Notes under the pieces: generated by a model | The model's input: the letters and a program-made list of their open reading frames with translations, nothing else | What the model was told of the DNA's origin: nothing | Database searches by the model: none | In this document: positions 1 to 8,354 of the stretch, piece after piece | Numbering within the stretch: the first letter of the stretch is position 1 | Layout of the letters: each line of letters begins with the position of its first letter | Assembly (NCBI GenBank): GCA_031270395.1 | Contig: JAISXU010000057.1 | Coordinates: forward strand, 18,363-82,362 | Direction of reading: 5' to 3' | Origin: Oscillospiraceae bacterium | GTDB lineage: Bacteria; Bacillota; Clostridia; Oscillospirales; Oscillospiraceae | Length of the DNA: 64,000 bases | Translations under genes and position numbers: made by a program

Positions 1-961
1 CGCCGGATATGAGGATGTCGCCCCCGCCCGTCGCCCAGCGCGCGTTTTTGAGATATTCGTCTTCGCATTGCGTGGTCATGGTCACGAGGTCGCCGACCGC
101 AAACGAATCGTAGACCCCGCCGTACCCGCCCGCCGCATCCGCCGTGAGCACGAGGTAGCCGTCGCCTATCTCCGCCGCCGCGTCCGACTCCCACTTGTCG
201 GCGACCGCGAGCGCCATCTCGCCGGAAACGGCGGGATACCCGTCAAGTATCTTGAATTTCACGAACCATCCGGGCGAGCTTGTACGCGTCGATACGGTCG
301 AAAACGCGGAAGAAAACAGATACAGGCCACCGGCGGCGTTCCTGTATTTATTGAAGTTTATGACGGAGACGCTCTTGCCGGCGTTGTCCGGGTATTCCTC
401 ACCGCCGTTGTTAGCGAGCGTGATCGCGACCTTCGCGTCCGTGGAGAAATGTACACCGCCGTAGCCGTCAAACGATACCGTGGAGGTCCCGACCGGCCCC
501 GGACTCGATATATAGACGCCGTCCTCGACCGCCACGCCGATCGGGACGCCCGTCTGCATGGAGAAGAAGTCCGTGTTCACGGCCGCGAGCACATTATAGC
601 CCCGCTGCGCCGCGTATTGTGTCACCTCGGTGATAGTCATGCCGCCGTACACGGTATCGTCGGCTATTATTATGGGATACGCCTCGCCCGCGCCCGTCAG
701 CCTCAGCGAATAGCTCTCCCCCCGGCCTACCTCGTCGTGCCATGATACGGAGTCGGTGAATTCGAGGTTGTCCGCGAGCATCCGCGTATCCGTGTATACC
801 GTTCTGCCGACGCCGAGCGCCGACGCCGAGATATTCAGAGCGAGCGCCAATAAGACCAGCGCGGCGAGTGCGCGGACGCGTTTTCCGGCCGCTGCGCGCG
901 GCGGCGGCATACTCGCGGCACACGGCGCGGACGCGCGGGCAGCGGCGCTGTTTTTTGTCAT
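1..961 (-). CDS. secreted phosphodiester glycosidase family protein (C-terminus lies beyond the window edge)
   Basis: I translated the minus strand from the ATG at 959-961. The frame stays open for 320 codons to position 1, which is why it is absent from the ORF track (it runs off the edge). The N-terminus is MTKNSAAARASAP..GKRVRALAALVLLALALNISASA (signal-like). Downstream is ..QRGYNVLAAVNTDFFSMQTGVPIGVAVEDGVYISS.., which resembles the NxDFF / G-P-G-x-DG core of phosphodiester glycosidase (NAGPA-like) proteins. The family call is from memory. Confidence 0.55.
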   Translation of the reverse strand, partial: MTKNSAAARASAPCAASMPPPRAAAGKRVRALAALVLLALALNISASALGVGRTVYTDTRMLADNLEFTDSVSWHDEVGRGESYSLRLTGAGEAYPIIIADDTVYGGMTITEVTQYAAQRGYNVLAAVNTDFFSMQTGVPIGVAVEDGVYISSPGPVGTSTVSFDGYGGVHFSTDAKVAITLANNGGEEYPDNAGKSVSVINFNKYRNAAGGLYLFSSAFSTVSTRTSSPGWFVKFKILDGYPAVSGEMALAVADKWESDAAAEIGDGYLVLTADAAGGYGGVYDSFAVGDLVTMTTQCEDEYLKNARWATGGGDILISG

Positions 962-1145
962 TATGTACTCCTTGCTATATCACGCCGGAAATAACCGATG
1001 GGCAAAAGCCGCGGGATATGGCACAATTATTAATTCTCAAAACCGCGCCGATTGCATATCCGCCACGCGCTTTTTTCGTCTTTATCATACACAACCGCCA
1101 CGCGGTTGTCAACCTCGCGCATTGTCAAGGGTAGAAAAAATTTTG

Positions 1146-1175
1146 TTGACATATCTCTGGACAATATGCTATACT
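1146..1175 (+). promoter_or_regulatory. sigma-A-type promoter of the iron-uptake operon
   Basis: TTGACA (1146-1151), 18 nt spacer, TATACT (1170-1175). It lies about 225 nt upstream of the FTR1 start codon. Confidence 0.4.
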
Positions 1176-1402
1176 AGATGTAGTTAGCAATGTAAAACCG
1201 TTTTCGGTACGCGGCGCGCGATATTTGGCGCGCACACGGACGAGCGCGTATGCCGGGCGCAAAGGCGGGTAGTGTACGGCGGTCTGGATTTTACTTGCCT
1301 AACTGCCGCGGACAGCGGATAACAACGGCGGTTCATATCCGGGCGCGCCGAGCCCGGCGAGCGTACCGCCGCATAACGGAAGAAAGGAGGGGGTATTCAG
1401 AG

Positions 1403-2650
1403 GTGCGAAAGGTGTTTGCCATTGCATCCGCGGCGTTGTTAGTTATCGCCTTTACCGCGACGGCGGCGCTGGCGGCGGAGTACGCCACGTGGCGCGACAT
1501 CGCGGACGAGATGGGAGAGGTGCTCTCCGGCGCGTATGAGCTCTATGCGTCGGGCGACCCGGACGCGGCAAAGGACGAGATCAACGTCGCGTACTACCAG
1601 TATTATGAAAAGCTGGGCTTTGAAAAACAGGTCAATTCGCTCATCTCGGGCAACAGAGCGGCGACGGTAGAGCTGCAATTCAGCTTTGCGAAGTCGGCTA
1701 TAAACTCGGGCGCTTCTCAGGGCGAGGTAAAAGCGATGCTTGACGAGCTCGCGCAGTTCCTGCGAGAGGACGCCGACGCGCTCGACGGCAAAGGCGGCGG
1801 CGGCGAGGACAGCGGCGCGACCGCGAACGAGGGCGGCGCTGTAGTGTTTGTCGAATCGCTGCTCATCATCACGCGCGAGGGCTTTGAGGCCATACTCATA
1901 GTGGGCGCCATAATCGCGTATCTCGTTAAATCGGGGAACGGCGACAAGGTTGGCGCGGTTTACAGAGGCTCAATCATCGCGCTGGCCGCGAGCGTCGCTA
2001 TGGCGTTTATTCTCAACGCCGTCACGAGCGCGAGCGGGGGCAAGAATCAGGAGATCATAGAGGGCGTCACGATGCTGATAGCGGTAGTCGTGCTGTTCTA
2101 CGTCAGCAACTGGATGGTGTCAAAAGCGGAGTCCGCCGCGTGGACAAGCTACATAGAGGGCAAGGTACAGAGCTCGATAACGGCGGGCAGCGTGTTCTCA
2201 CTGGCGTTTGCGGCGTTTCTGGCGGTGTTCCGCGAGGGAGCGGAGACAATACTGTTCTATCAGGCTCTGCTGGCCGATACGAACGCGCACATCAACATGG
2301 TATGGCTGGGTCTCGGCGTCGGCGCGGTGGGACTCGTCGTGATCTACCTGATCATCCGCTTTATGAGCGTAAAGCTGCCGCTCAAGCCATTCTTTATCGG
2401 CACCAGCATACTGATGTTCCTTATGTCGGTCACTTTCATCGGATCGGGTATAAAGGAGCTCAGCGAAGGGGACCTGTTCTACCTGACGCCGGTGCAGGGC
2501 GTGGCGACGATCGATATTCTGGGGATCTACCCGGCGCTCGAGACACTCATCCCGCAGGCCGTGCTTCTGGCGGCGGCAGTCGTCACTTTTGTCATCCAAA
2601 CGGGCAAATGGCGGAAAGCGCGCGAGGCGCGGGATCCGCAGGGAGAGTGA
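1403..2650 (+). CDS. FTR1-family iron permease with N-terminal extracytoplasmic helical domain
   Basis: Track frame 1250..2650. I moved the start to GTG 1403, which follows AAGGAGGGGG (1384-1393). The N-terminus is signal/TM-like (VRKVFAIASAALLVIAF). Two REGxE motifs (REGFEA, REGAET) sit in a polytopic C-terminal half, which is the FTR1/EfeU signature. Confidence 0.85.
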   Translation: MRKVFAIASAALLVIAFTATAALAAEYATWRDIADEMGEVLSGAYELYASGDPDAAKDEINVAYYQYYEKLGFEKQVNSLISGNRAATVELQFSFAKSAINSGASQGEVKAMLDELAQFLREDADALDGKGGGGEDSGATANEGGAVVFVESLLIITREGFEAILIVGAIIAYLVKSGNGDKVGAVYRGSIIALAASVAMAFILNAVTSASGGKNQEIIEGVTMLIAVVVLFYVSNWMVSKAESAAWTSYIEGKVQSSITAGSVFSLAFAAFLAVFREGAETILFYQALLADTNAHINMVWLGLGVGAVGLVVIYLIIRFMSVKLPLKPFFIGTSILMFLMSVTFIGSGIKELSEGDLFYLTPVQGVATIDILGIYPALETLIPQAVLLAAAVVTFVIQTGKWRKAREARDPQGE

Positions 2651-2767
2651 GGGCATGCGCGGCGCTCAATACACAAGGCTGTACCGGAGACTTGGCGCCG
2701 GCCGCGCGCGCGGCCGGATAATGGACAAAATATTGTGAAAAAATATTTAATTCGGAGGTATAATAAA

Positions 2768-3406
2768 ATGAATATGAAAAAAGTGCTTACCATTGCTCTC
2801 GCCGTGTTGACGGCGGTCGCGTTGGCCGTGGCCGTCACCGGCTGCAAACCGGCGGAACAGGCGTCGACGCCCCCCGCCGACAGCCCGTCCGGCGGAGCGG
2901 ACGCCGCAGCGCCGGCGCCCGGCGACGAAGGCGCGGCCGGCTTCACCGAGTATCCCATCGGCGACGAGCTGCAGCTTGGGCCGCTTAACGTGGCGGGCGT
3001 GTACTTCCAGCCGGTGGACATGGAACCCGCCGGCACCAGTCTTCCGGCGGCCGAGTCGGACATGCACATAGAGGCCGACATCGCCGCGCTGCCGAACAAT
3101 GAGCTCGGCTATGGCGCCGGCGACTTCGTGCCGAACCTGACTGTAGACTACAAGATCACCGATTCGTCCGGCGCCACCGCCGCCGAGGGTACGTTTATGC
3201 CCATGAGCGCGAGCGACGGGCCGCACTATGGCGCGAACATCAAGCTCGGCGACGCCGGCACATATAAGGTGCAATTCATAATCAAGAGCCCGGAGAACAA
3301 CGGGTATCTTCTGCACACGGACGCCGAGACGGGCGTTACCGGTAAATTCTGGCAGGAGCCGCTCGTGGCGGAATGGGATTTTGAGTACGTGCCGATAGAG
3401 TGGTAA
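2768..3406 (+). CDS. P19/Tp34-type periplasmic-like iron-transport lipoprotein
   Basis: Start is ATG 2768 after GGAGG (2754-2758). Lipobox AVTGC. Motifs DMHIEADI and FMPMSASDGPHYGANI match the metal-site segments of the P19/FetP/Tp34 family. The gene is adjacent to FTR1, as in characterised P19 systems. Confidence 0.8.
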   Translation: MNMKKVLTIALAVLTAVALAVAVTGCKPAEQASTPPADSPSGGADAAAPAPGDEGAAGFTEYPIGDELQLGPLNVAGVYFQPVDMEPAGTSLPAAESDMHIEADIAALPNNELGYGAGDFVPNLTVDYKITDSSGATAAEGTFMPMSASDGPHYGANIKLGDAGTYKVQFIIKSPENNGYLLHTDAETGVTGKFWQEPLVAEWDFEYVPIEW

Positions 3407-3427
3407 GCCGCGCGGAGGCGTACACGG

Positions 3428-3582
3428 GATAATATCCGCGTTGCGGATATTATACGTTGCTGTCCCCATCGGCTCGCCGCTTCGCGGCAACCGCCGAGGG
3501 ACGACACAGTATACCATCGCCGATGCGCGTCTATGGTATACTGATTGCGATACTGCGGGACATTTCTACGGAAATGTCCCGC
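3428..3582. repeat. string of hairpin modules (family B-related intergenic repeat, copy B1)
   Basis: Consecutive palindromes: GATAATATCCGC-gtt-GCGGATATTAT, a GTCCCCATCGGCTCGCCGCTTCGCGGCAACCGCCGAGGGAC module, GTATACCAT..ATGGTATAC, and GCGGGACATTTC-tac-GGAAATGTCCCGC. The first two modules recur at 14401-14480. Confidence 0.5.
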
Positions 3583-3667
3583 AAAGTGTGCCGGCCCGCC
3601 GCCGGCGTTGACTGTTCGGTTCGCTTTGCGTTATAATGGCTGCAAATTAGTTTAAGGTGAAATATAG

Positions 3668-4918
3668 ATGCTGAAATATCTCATACAGGTTGTGCGTGAC
3701 GCGCTGGCGGTGGGAATGCTTGCGGGACTGCTGCCGGCGTTTGACGCCGCCGCCGGCGCGCACGCGCGCCCAAAGCGGACGGCATGGGGCGTGTTGGCGG
3801 GCGTCGGGGCTGCCGCCGCGTTGGCCGCGCTGCGGTCGGCGTCGGTGATACGCAGACGCGACTACATCAACCTGACTGTGCTTCCGGCCGCGATTGTCGC
3901 GGAGATATTGTTTCTACTGATCATCTGGGGCCTTTTGAGCAAAAAGGCACCGGAGACGCACAGAAAGCTGCGGGGCGCTCTGAGCGTCGCGACCGCGGCG
4001 CTTCTGCCCGTACACAGCATGACGGGCGTATTTTTATATATGCAGGAGTTCGTCAGGGCGGGCGAGAGCGTTTTTGGCGCGGACGTCCTGCTGCGCGTCA
4101 CGGGCTTTCTTTGCGGTCTGCTCATAATAGCTCTCACGGGGACGTCGCTCTACCGTACCGCGGACAAGCTCGGCGAAGGGCGTCTGCGGATACTGCTGAC
4201 GGCTGGACTGGCGGTGAATATAGTCGGTCAGGCGGCGTCCGTACTGCAAACGCTGATGTCGCGGCGCATGATACCCGTCGCCGGCGTACTGTTCAAATTC
4301 GTCACGTTCTCCGTCAACAACAGCGACCTATTCCTGTACGCCGTAATGGCCCTGGCGCTCCTGTCGGCGCTGCTGATGTGGCTGCGGCGCCCGCCGCCCG
4401 ACGACACCTTCCAAAACCCGGCGCAGCGCAGACGCGCGCTGGCGTCGCGCCGCTCCGTCAGACGGTGGTGCGCCGTCACTCTCGCGGGCTGCGTCCTGTC
4501 CGTCCTGAGTATGACGGCGCTGCGCGCGCTCGCCGAGCGCGAGGTGGTGCTGTCTCCGGCGGAGCCGATGGATATTGTGCAGGGGCGCGTCGTGCTGCCG
4601 CTCGAGCGGATAGACGACGGACATCTGCACCGTTTCGCGTACACGGCCGCCGACGGCGTAGAGGTCAGGTTCATAGTGATAAAAAAGAATGACGTGTCCT
4701 TCGGCGTGGGGCTGGACGCGTGCGACATCTGCGGGCCGACGGGCTACTATGAGCGCGACGACGAGGTCATCTGCAAGCTCTGCGACGTCGTTATGAACAA
4801 ATCCACGATTGGCTTTAAGGGCGGCTGCAATCCCGTCCCGCTCGCCTTTGCGATAGAGAGCGGAAGCATGGTGATAGACACGCAAAGCCTGGAGGACGAG
4901 AGCAGCCGTTTCAGATGA
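3668..4918 (+). CDS. DUF2318-type Cys-rich membrane protein (P19-system accessory component)
   Basis: Polytopic N-terminal half. The C-terminal segment is VRFIVIKKNDVSFGVGLDACDICGPTGYYERDDEVICKLCDVVMNKSTIGFKGGCNPVPL, the Cys pattern typical of DUF2318 proteins encoded next to FTR1/P19. Confidence 0.75.
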   Translation: MLKYLIQVVRDALAVGMLAGLLPAFDAAAGAHARPKRTAWGVLAGVGAAAALAALRSASVIRRRDYINLTVLPAAIVAEILFLLIIWGLLSKKAPETHRKLRGALSVATAALLPVHSMTGVFLYMQEFVRAGESVFGADVLLRVTGFLCGLLIIALTGTSLYRTADKLGEGRLRILLTAGLAVNIVGQAASVLQTLMSRRMIPVAGVLFKFVTFSVNNSDLFLYAVMALALLSALLMWLRRPPPDDTFQNPAQRRRALASRRSVRRWCAVTLAGCVLSVLSMTALRALAEREVVLSPAEPMDIVQGRVVLPLERIDDGHLHRFAYTAADGVEVRFIVIKKNDVSFGVGLDACDICGPTGYYERDDEVICKLCDVVMNKSTIGFKGGCNPVPLAFAIESGSMVIDTQSLEDESSRFR

Positions 4919-4943
4919 TCCGGCGGGAAAGGTTTGGTGGCAA

Positions 4944-6224
4944 ATGTTCTGGAGAATGGTGCGGGGGGCGGTTTTCCGTCAGAGGGGCAGGGTGCTGATG
5001 ATCGCGCTCACGGTGGCGCTCGGGGCGTCGCTGGCTACCGCCATGCTCGGCGTCATGCTGGATGTGGGCGACAAGGTAAACAGGGAACTAAAGACATATG
5101 GCGCAAATATCAACGTGATACCCAAGGGCGCGTCGCTGCTCGGCGATCTGTACGGCGTGGAGGACGGCTCCGGCGTCTCGGATCAGTACTTGCCCGAATC
5201 AGAGCTCGGGAGCATAAAGACTATTTTCTGGGCGTTCAACATAGTCGATTTTGCGCCGTATCTCGACGCGCGCGCCGTGCTGAACGGCGGGGGCGACGTC
5301 AGTCTGACGGGTACGTGGTTCGACAAGCGCCTCGAGCTGCCGACGGGCGAGACGCTCGTCACCGGCGTGCGCGGGATGAAGAGCTGGTGGGATGTCACGG
5401 GCGAGTGGCTGGCTCCCGGCGATACGCACGCCGCGATGGTGGGGAGCGCCGTGGCGGAGCGAAACGGCCTCATAGCGGGCGACACTATCTCCGTAGGATA
5501 CGCGGGCCGGAGCGTGGATTTTCTGGTCAAGGGCGTTTTTGACGCGGGAGGGAGCGAGGACGACCGGATATTCGTCCCGCTCGGCGCGGCTCAGGAGTTG
5601 ACGGGGCGCGAGGGACGTGTAAGCCGCATCGAGGTCAGCGCGCTCACCACTCCCGACAACGAGCTGTCGCGCCGCGCCGCGCAAGACCCTCAAAGCCTGT
5701 CCGTCAAGGACTGGGAGACGTGGTACTGCACGGCGTACGTCAGCGCGATCTGCTATCAGATACAGGAGGTCATACCCGGCGCCATAGCAAAGCCGATACG
5801 TCAGGTGGCCGAATCGGAGGGCGCGATACTTGAAAAGACGCAATTTCTCATGCTGCTCATCACCGTGCTCAGTCTGGCCGGCTCCGCGCTGGGCATATCA
5901 AATCTCGTGACGGCCAGCGTCATGGAGCGGAGCCGGGAGATCGGCCTGCTAAAGGCCATAGGCGCCCACAACTCGCCCGTGTCGCGTCTCGTACTGACAG
6001 AGACGCTCGCCATAGCCGCCATTGGCGGCGCGGCGGGATATTTCGCCGGACTCGGCTTCGCGCAGATCATCGGGCAAACGGTGTTCGGCTCGGCGGTCGA
6101 ACCCAAGCCAATGGTGGCGCCCATCGTCGCCGTGCTCGTCGTCGCGGTGACTCTGGCCGGAAGCATCCCGTCGATCAGACTTCTGCTGTCGCTGCGTCCG
6201 GCGGAAGTTTTACACGGCAGGTAG
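4944..6224 (+). CDS. ABC transporter permease, FtsX/MacB-like
   Basis: 426 aa. N-terminal TM helix, a large extracytoplasmic domain, and a C-terminal FtsX-type 3-TM bundle (..MERSREIGLLKAIGA..). Confidence 0.8.
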   Translation: MFWRMVRGAVFRQRGRVLMIALTVALGASLATAMLGVMLDVGDKVNRELKTYGANINVIPKGASLLGDLYGVEDGSGVSDQYLPESELGSIKTIFWAFNIVDFAPYLDARAVLNGGGDVSLTGTWFDKRLELPTGETLVTGVRGMKSWWDVTGEWLAPGDTHAAMVGSAVAERNGLIAGDTISVGYAGRSVDFLVKGVFDAGGSEDDRIFVPLGAAQELTGREGRVSRIEVSALTTPDNELSRRAAQDPQSLSVKDWETWYCTAYVSAICYQIQEVIPGAIAKPIRQVAESEGAILEKTQFLMLLITVLSLAGSALGISNLVTASVMERSREIGLLKAIGAHNSPVSRLVLTETLAIAAIGGAAGYFAGLGFAQIIGQTVFGSAVEPKPMVAPIVAVLVVAVTLAGSIPSIRLLLSLRPAEVLHGR

Positions 6225-6228
6225 GACT

Positions 6229-7359
6229 ATGAAAAGACAGACCATGTATCTGCGGATGATAACGAGCTCGCTCGTCAGAAGGCGGTCGCGGATGATAGTC
6301 GCTCTGCTGGCGGTCGCTATCGGCGCGACTATCCTGTCGGGACTCGTGACGATATATTACGACATACCGCGCCAGATGGGACAGGAGTTCCGCTCCTACG
6401 GGGCTAACATGATACTCACGCCGTCCGGCGGCGGCAGGATTACCCCGGAGGACGCCGCGCGCGCCGCCGCGCTCATACCGCCGGAGAACGCCGTGGGCAT
6501 AGCGCCGTACAGATATGAGAATATAAAGATAAACGAGCAGCCGTTTATCGCGGCCGGCACGGAGCTCGAGGGCGCGCGCGGCGCAAGCCCGTACTGGTTC
6601 GTGTCGGGACGCTGGCCGGAGGAGACCGGCGAGGCGCTAATAGGGCAGGAGGTCGCGGATATCATCGGCATAGGGCCGGGCGGCGTTTTCACGCTCAGCG
6701 GGATAACCGCGGACGGCGACGGCTTCAAGGGCGAGTTCACGGTATCCGGCGTAGTGCAGACGGGCGGCGCCGAGGAGGCGTTCGTATTCATGTCTCTGGA
6801 GGCTCTCGGGGATATTGCCGGCGGGGGCGGTCTGGACGTAGTGGAATGCAGCGTGTCGGCGCCGCAGACGGAGCTCGAGGAGCTGGCGGAGCGCATAGGC
6901 GCCGGGACGCCTGGCGTCACGGCGAGACTTGTGCGGCGCGTCACGCAGTCCGAGGTGACGGTACTGTCGAAGCTGCAGGCGCTTGTCTACCTCGTTACGG
7001 CGGTCGTGCTTATGCTCACGATGATATGCGTCGCCACGACGATGATGGCCGTCGTAGCGGAACGCAGGCGCGAGATCGGCCTGAAAAAAGCGCTCGGCGC
7101 CCCTAACGGGGAGATTATCCGCGAATTTCTGGGCGAGGGCCTGCTTTTGGGCGGACTTGGCGGACTGCTCGGCGCGATACTCGGCTTCGTGTTCGCGCAC
7201 ACGGTCAGTATCAACGTGTTCGGACGCCCCATACTGTTCAAGCCGTTGCTCGTGCCCGTCACGATGCTGGTCTCGATAGCGGTCACGGGGCTGTCGTGCC
7301 TGCTGCCGGTGCGCCGCGCGACGGACGTCGATCCGGCGATAGTATTGCGCGGCGAGTAA
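6229..7359 (+). CDS. ABC transporter permease, FtsX/MacB-like (second copy)
   Basis: 376 aa with the same architecture as the previous gene (..VAERRREIGLKKALGA..). It starts 5 nt after that gene ends. Confidence 0.8.
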   Translation: MKRQTMYLRMITSSLVRRRSRMIVALLAVAIGATILSGLVTIYYDIPRQMGQEFRSYGANMILTPSGGGRITPEDAARAAALIPPENAVGIAPYRYENIKINEQPFIAAGTELEGARGASPYWFVSGRWPEETGEALIGQEVADIIGIGPGGVFTLSGITADGDGFKGEFTVSGVVQTGGAEEAFVFMSLEALGDIAGGGGLDVVECSVSAPQTELEELAERIGAGTPGVTARLVRRVTQSEVTVLSKLQALVYLVTAVVLMLTMICVATTMMAVVAERRREIGLKKALGAPNGEIIREFLGEGLLLGGLGGLLGAILGFVFAHTVSINVFGRPILFKPLLVPVTMLVSIAVTGLSCLLPVRRATDVDPAIVLRGE

Positions 7360-7580
7360 AAAATTTCGTTTGCACTCGTTTTTGCTCTCTCGTCCTTTTC
7401 GCCTGTGGCGAAAAGAATTTTTGCGAAGGAGTGCGCCCCGTGCGACGGAGCAAAAATTGTTATATTTCGCATGTTTCGGAAATTCATTTTCCGGAACATG
7501 CACTCTGCGAGCCGCGCACGGCGAGATCCAACCCTTCGTAACTCGTTTGTAAGCGCGAAGCGCTTGCAAACGAAATTAAT
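7360..7580 (+). repeat. family A modular intergenic repeat, short form (copy A1)
   Basis: Begins right after the stop at 7357-7359. Left terminus AATTTCGTTTGCA, hairpin CTTTTCGCC-tgt-GGCGAAAAG, hairpin CATGTTTCGGAAA..TTTCCGGAACATG, and a conserved core CTCTGCGAGCCGCGCACGGCGAGATCCAACCCTTCGTAACTCGTTTG. The terminal hairpin is CGTTTGTAAGCGC-gaa-GCGCTTGCAAACG, ending in AAATT, which is the inverse of the left terminus. Confidence 0.7.
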
Positions 7581-7595
7581 TCAAGAGGTATTGGT

Positions 7596-8261
7596 ATGGG
7601 AAACAATATTCTGGAGCTCAGGGAAATATCAAAAATTTACGGGAGCGTCGGCGCGCTGCGGGACGTGAGCCTGACCGTGTCGCAGGGCGAGTGGATCGCC
7701 ATTATGGGGCCCTCCGGTTCCGGCAAGACCACGATGATGAACATCATCGGCTGCATGGACAAGCCGACGAGCGGCGCCGTCATACTCGACGGCATGGATA
7801 TATCCCGCGAGAGCCAAAAGGGCCTCACTAACATAAGGCGCGACAAGATAGGACTTATCTTTCAGCAATTTCACCTCATAAACTATCTGACCGCGCTGGA
7901 AAACGTGATGGTCGCGCAGTATTACCACAGTATGCCCGACGAGGGCGAGGCGCTGCGGGCGCTCCAGCGCGTGGGCTTGGGCGAGAGGGCGCGCCATCTG
8001 CCGAGTCAGCTCTCGGGCGGAGAGCAGCAGCGCGTCTGCATCGCGCGGGCGCTGATAAATTATCCGAGGCTGATACTGGCCGACGAGCCGACCGGCAATC
8101 TGGACGAAACTAACGAGGGAATAGTCCTCGACATATTCCGACAGCTCCATGGCGAGGGCAGCACTATAATAGTCGTGACGCACGACCCGGAGGTCGCGGA
8201 GGACGCGCAGCGCACCATAGTGCTGGAGCACGGGCGCGTGGCGCGGGTGACCCACTCGTGA
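7596..8261 (+). CDS. ABC transporter ATP-binding protein (MacB/LolD-type)
   Basis: Walker A GPSGSGKTT, signature LSGGEQQR, Walker B LILADEPTGNLD. 221 aa. Confidence 0.9.
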   Translation: MGNNILELREISKIYGSVGALRDVSLTVSQGEWIAIMGPSGSGKTTMMNIIGCMDKPTSGAVILDGMDISRESQKGLTNIRRDKIGLIFQQFHLINYLTALENVMVAQYYHSMPDEGEALRALQRVGLGERARHLPSQLSGGEQQRVCIARALINYPRLILADEPTGNLDETNEGIVLDIFRQLHGEGSTIIVVTHDPEVAEDAQRTIVLEHGRVARVTHS

Positions 8262-8354
8262 GCGCGAAACGTTTACGGACGCGGCACGCAGACAGACTCG
8301 CTTCCGGCGGGCAAATCAAATAATTTTTTGAACGGAGAAGGAGAAAAAGGTAAA

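Noticed and set aside
68-745. 225-aa plus-strand track ORF (and neighbours 195..464, 756..1187) at the window start
   Set aside because: The composition is Arg/His/Val-rich with no motifs. It lies antisense to a 320-codon open minus-strand frame that has a signal peptide and glycosidase-like motifs. It is a GC-driven artefact.
1000-1180. A Fur/PerR or DtxR/IdeR operator at the iron-operon promoter
   Set aside because: I found only weak partial matches (AATTATTAATTCTC; TAGTTAGCAATG) and no convincing 7-1-7 or 19-bp palindrome. I cannot support an operator call by eye.
7370-7552. Small ORFs recurring inside family A repeats (7370..7552, 7405..7668, 49207..49539, 52063..52275, the end of 60022..60900) that give similar peptides (e.g. 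..LSRPFRLWRKEFL..)
   Set aside because: The similarity is a consequence of the repeated DNA. Frames are not preserved between long and short copies, orientation relative to genes varies, and there are no RBS or start contexts.
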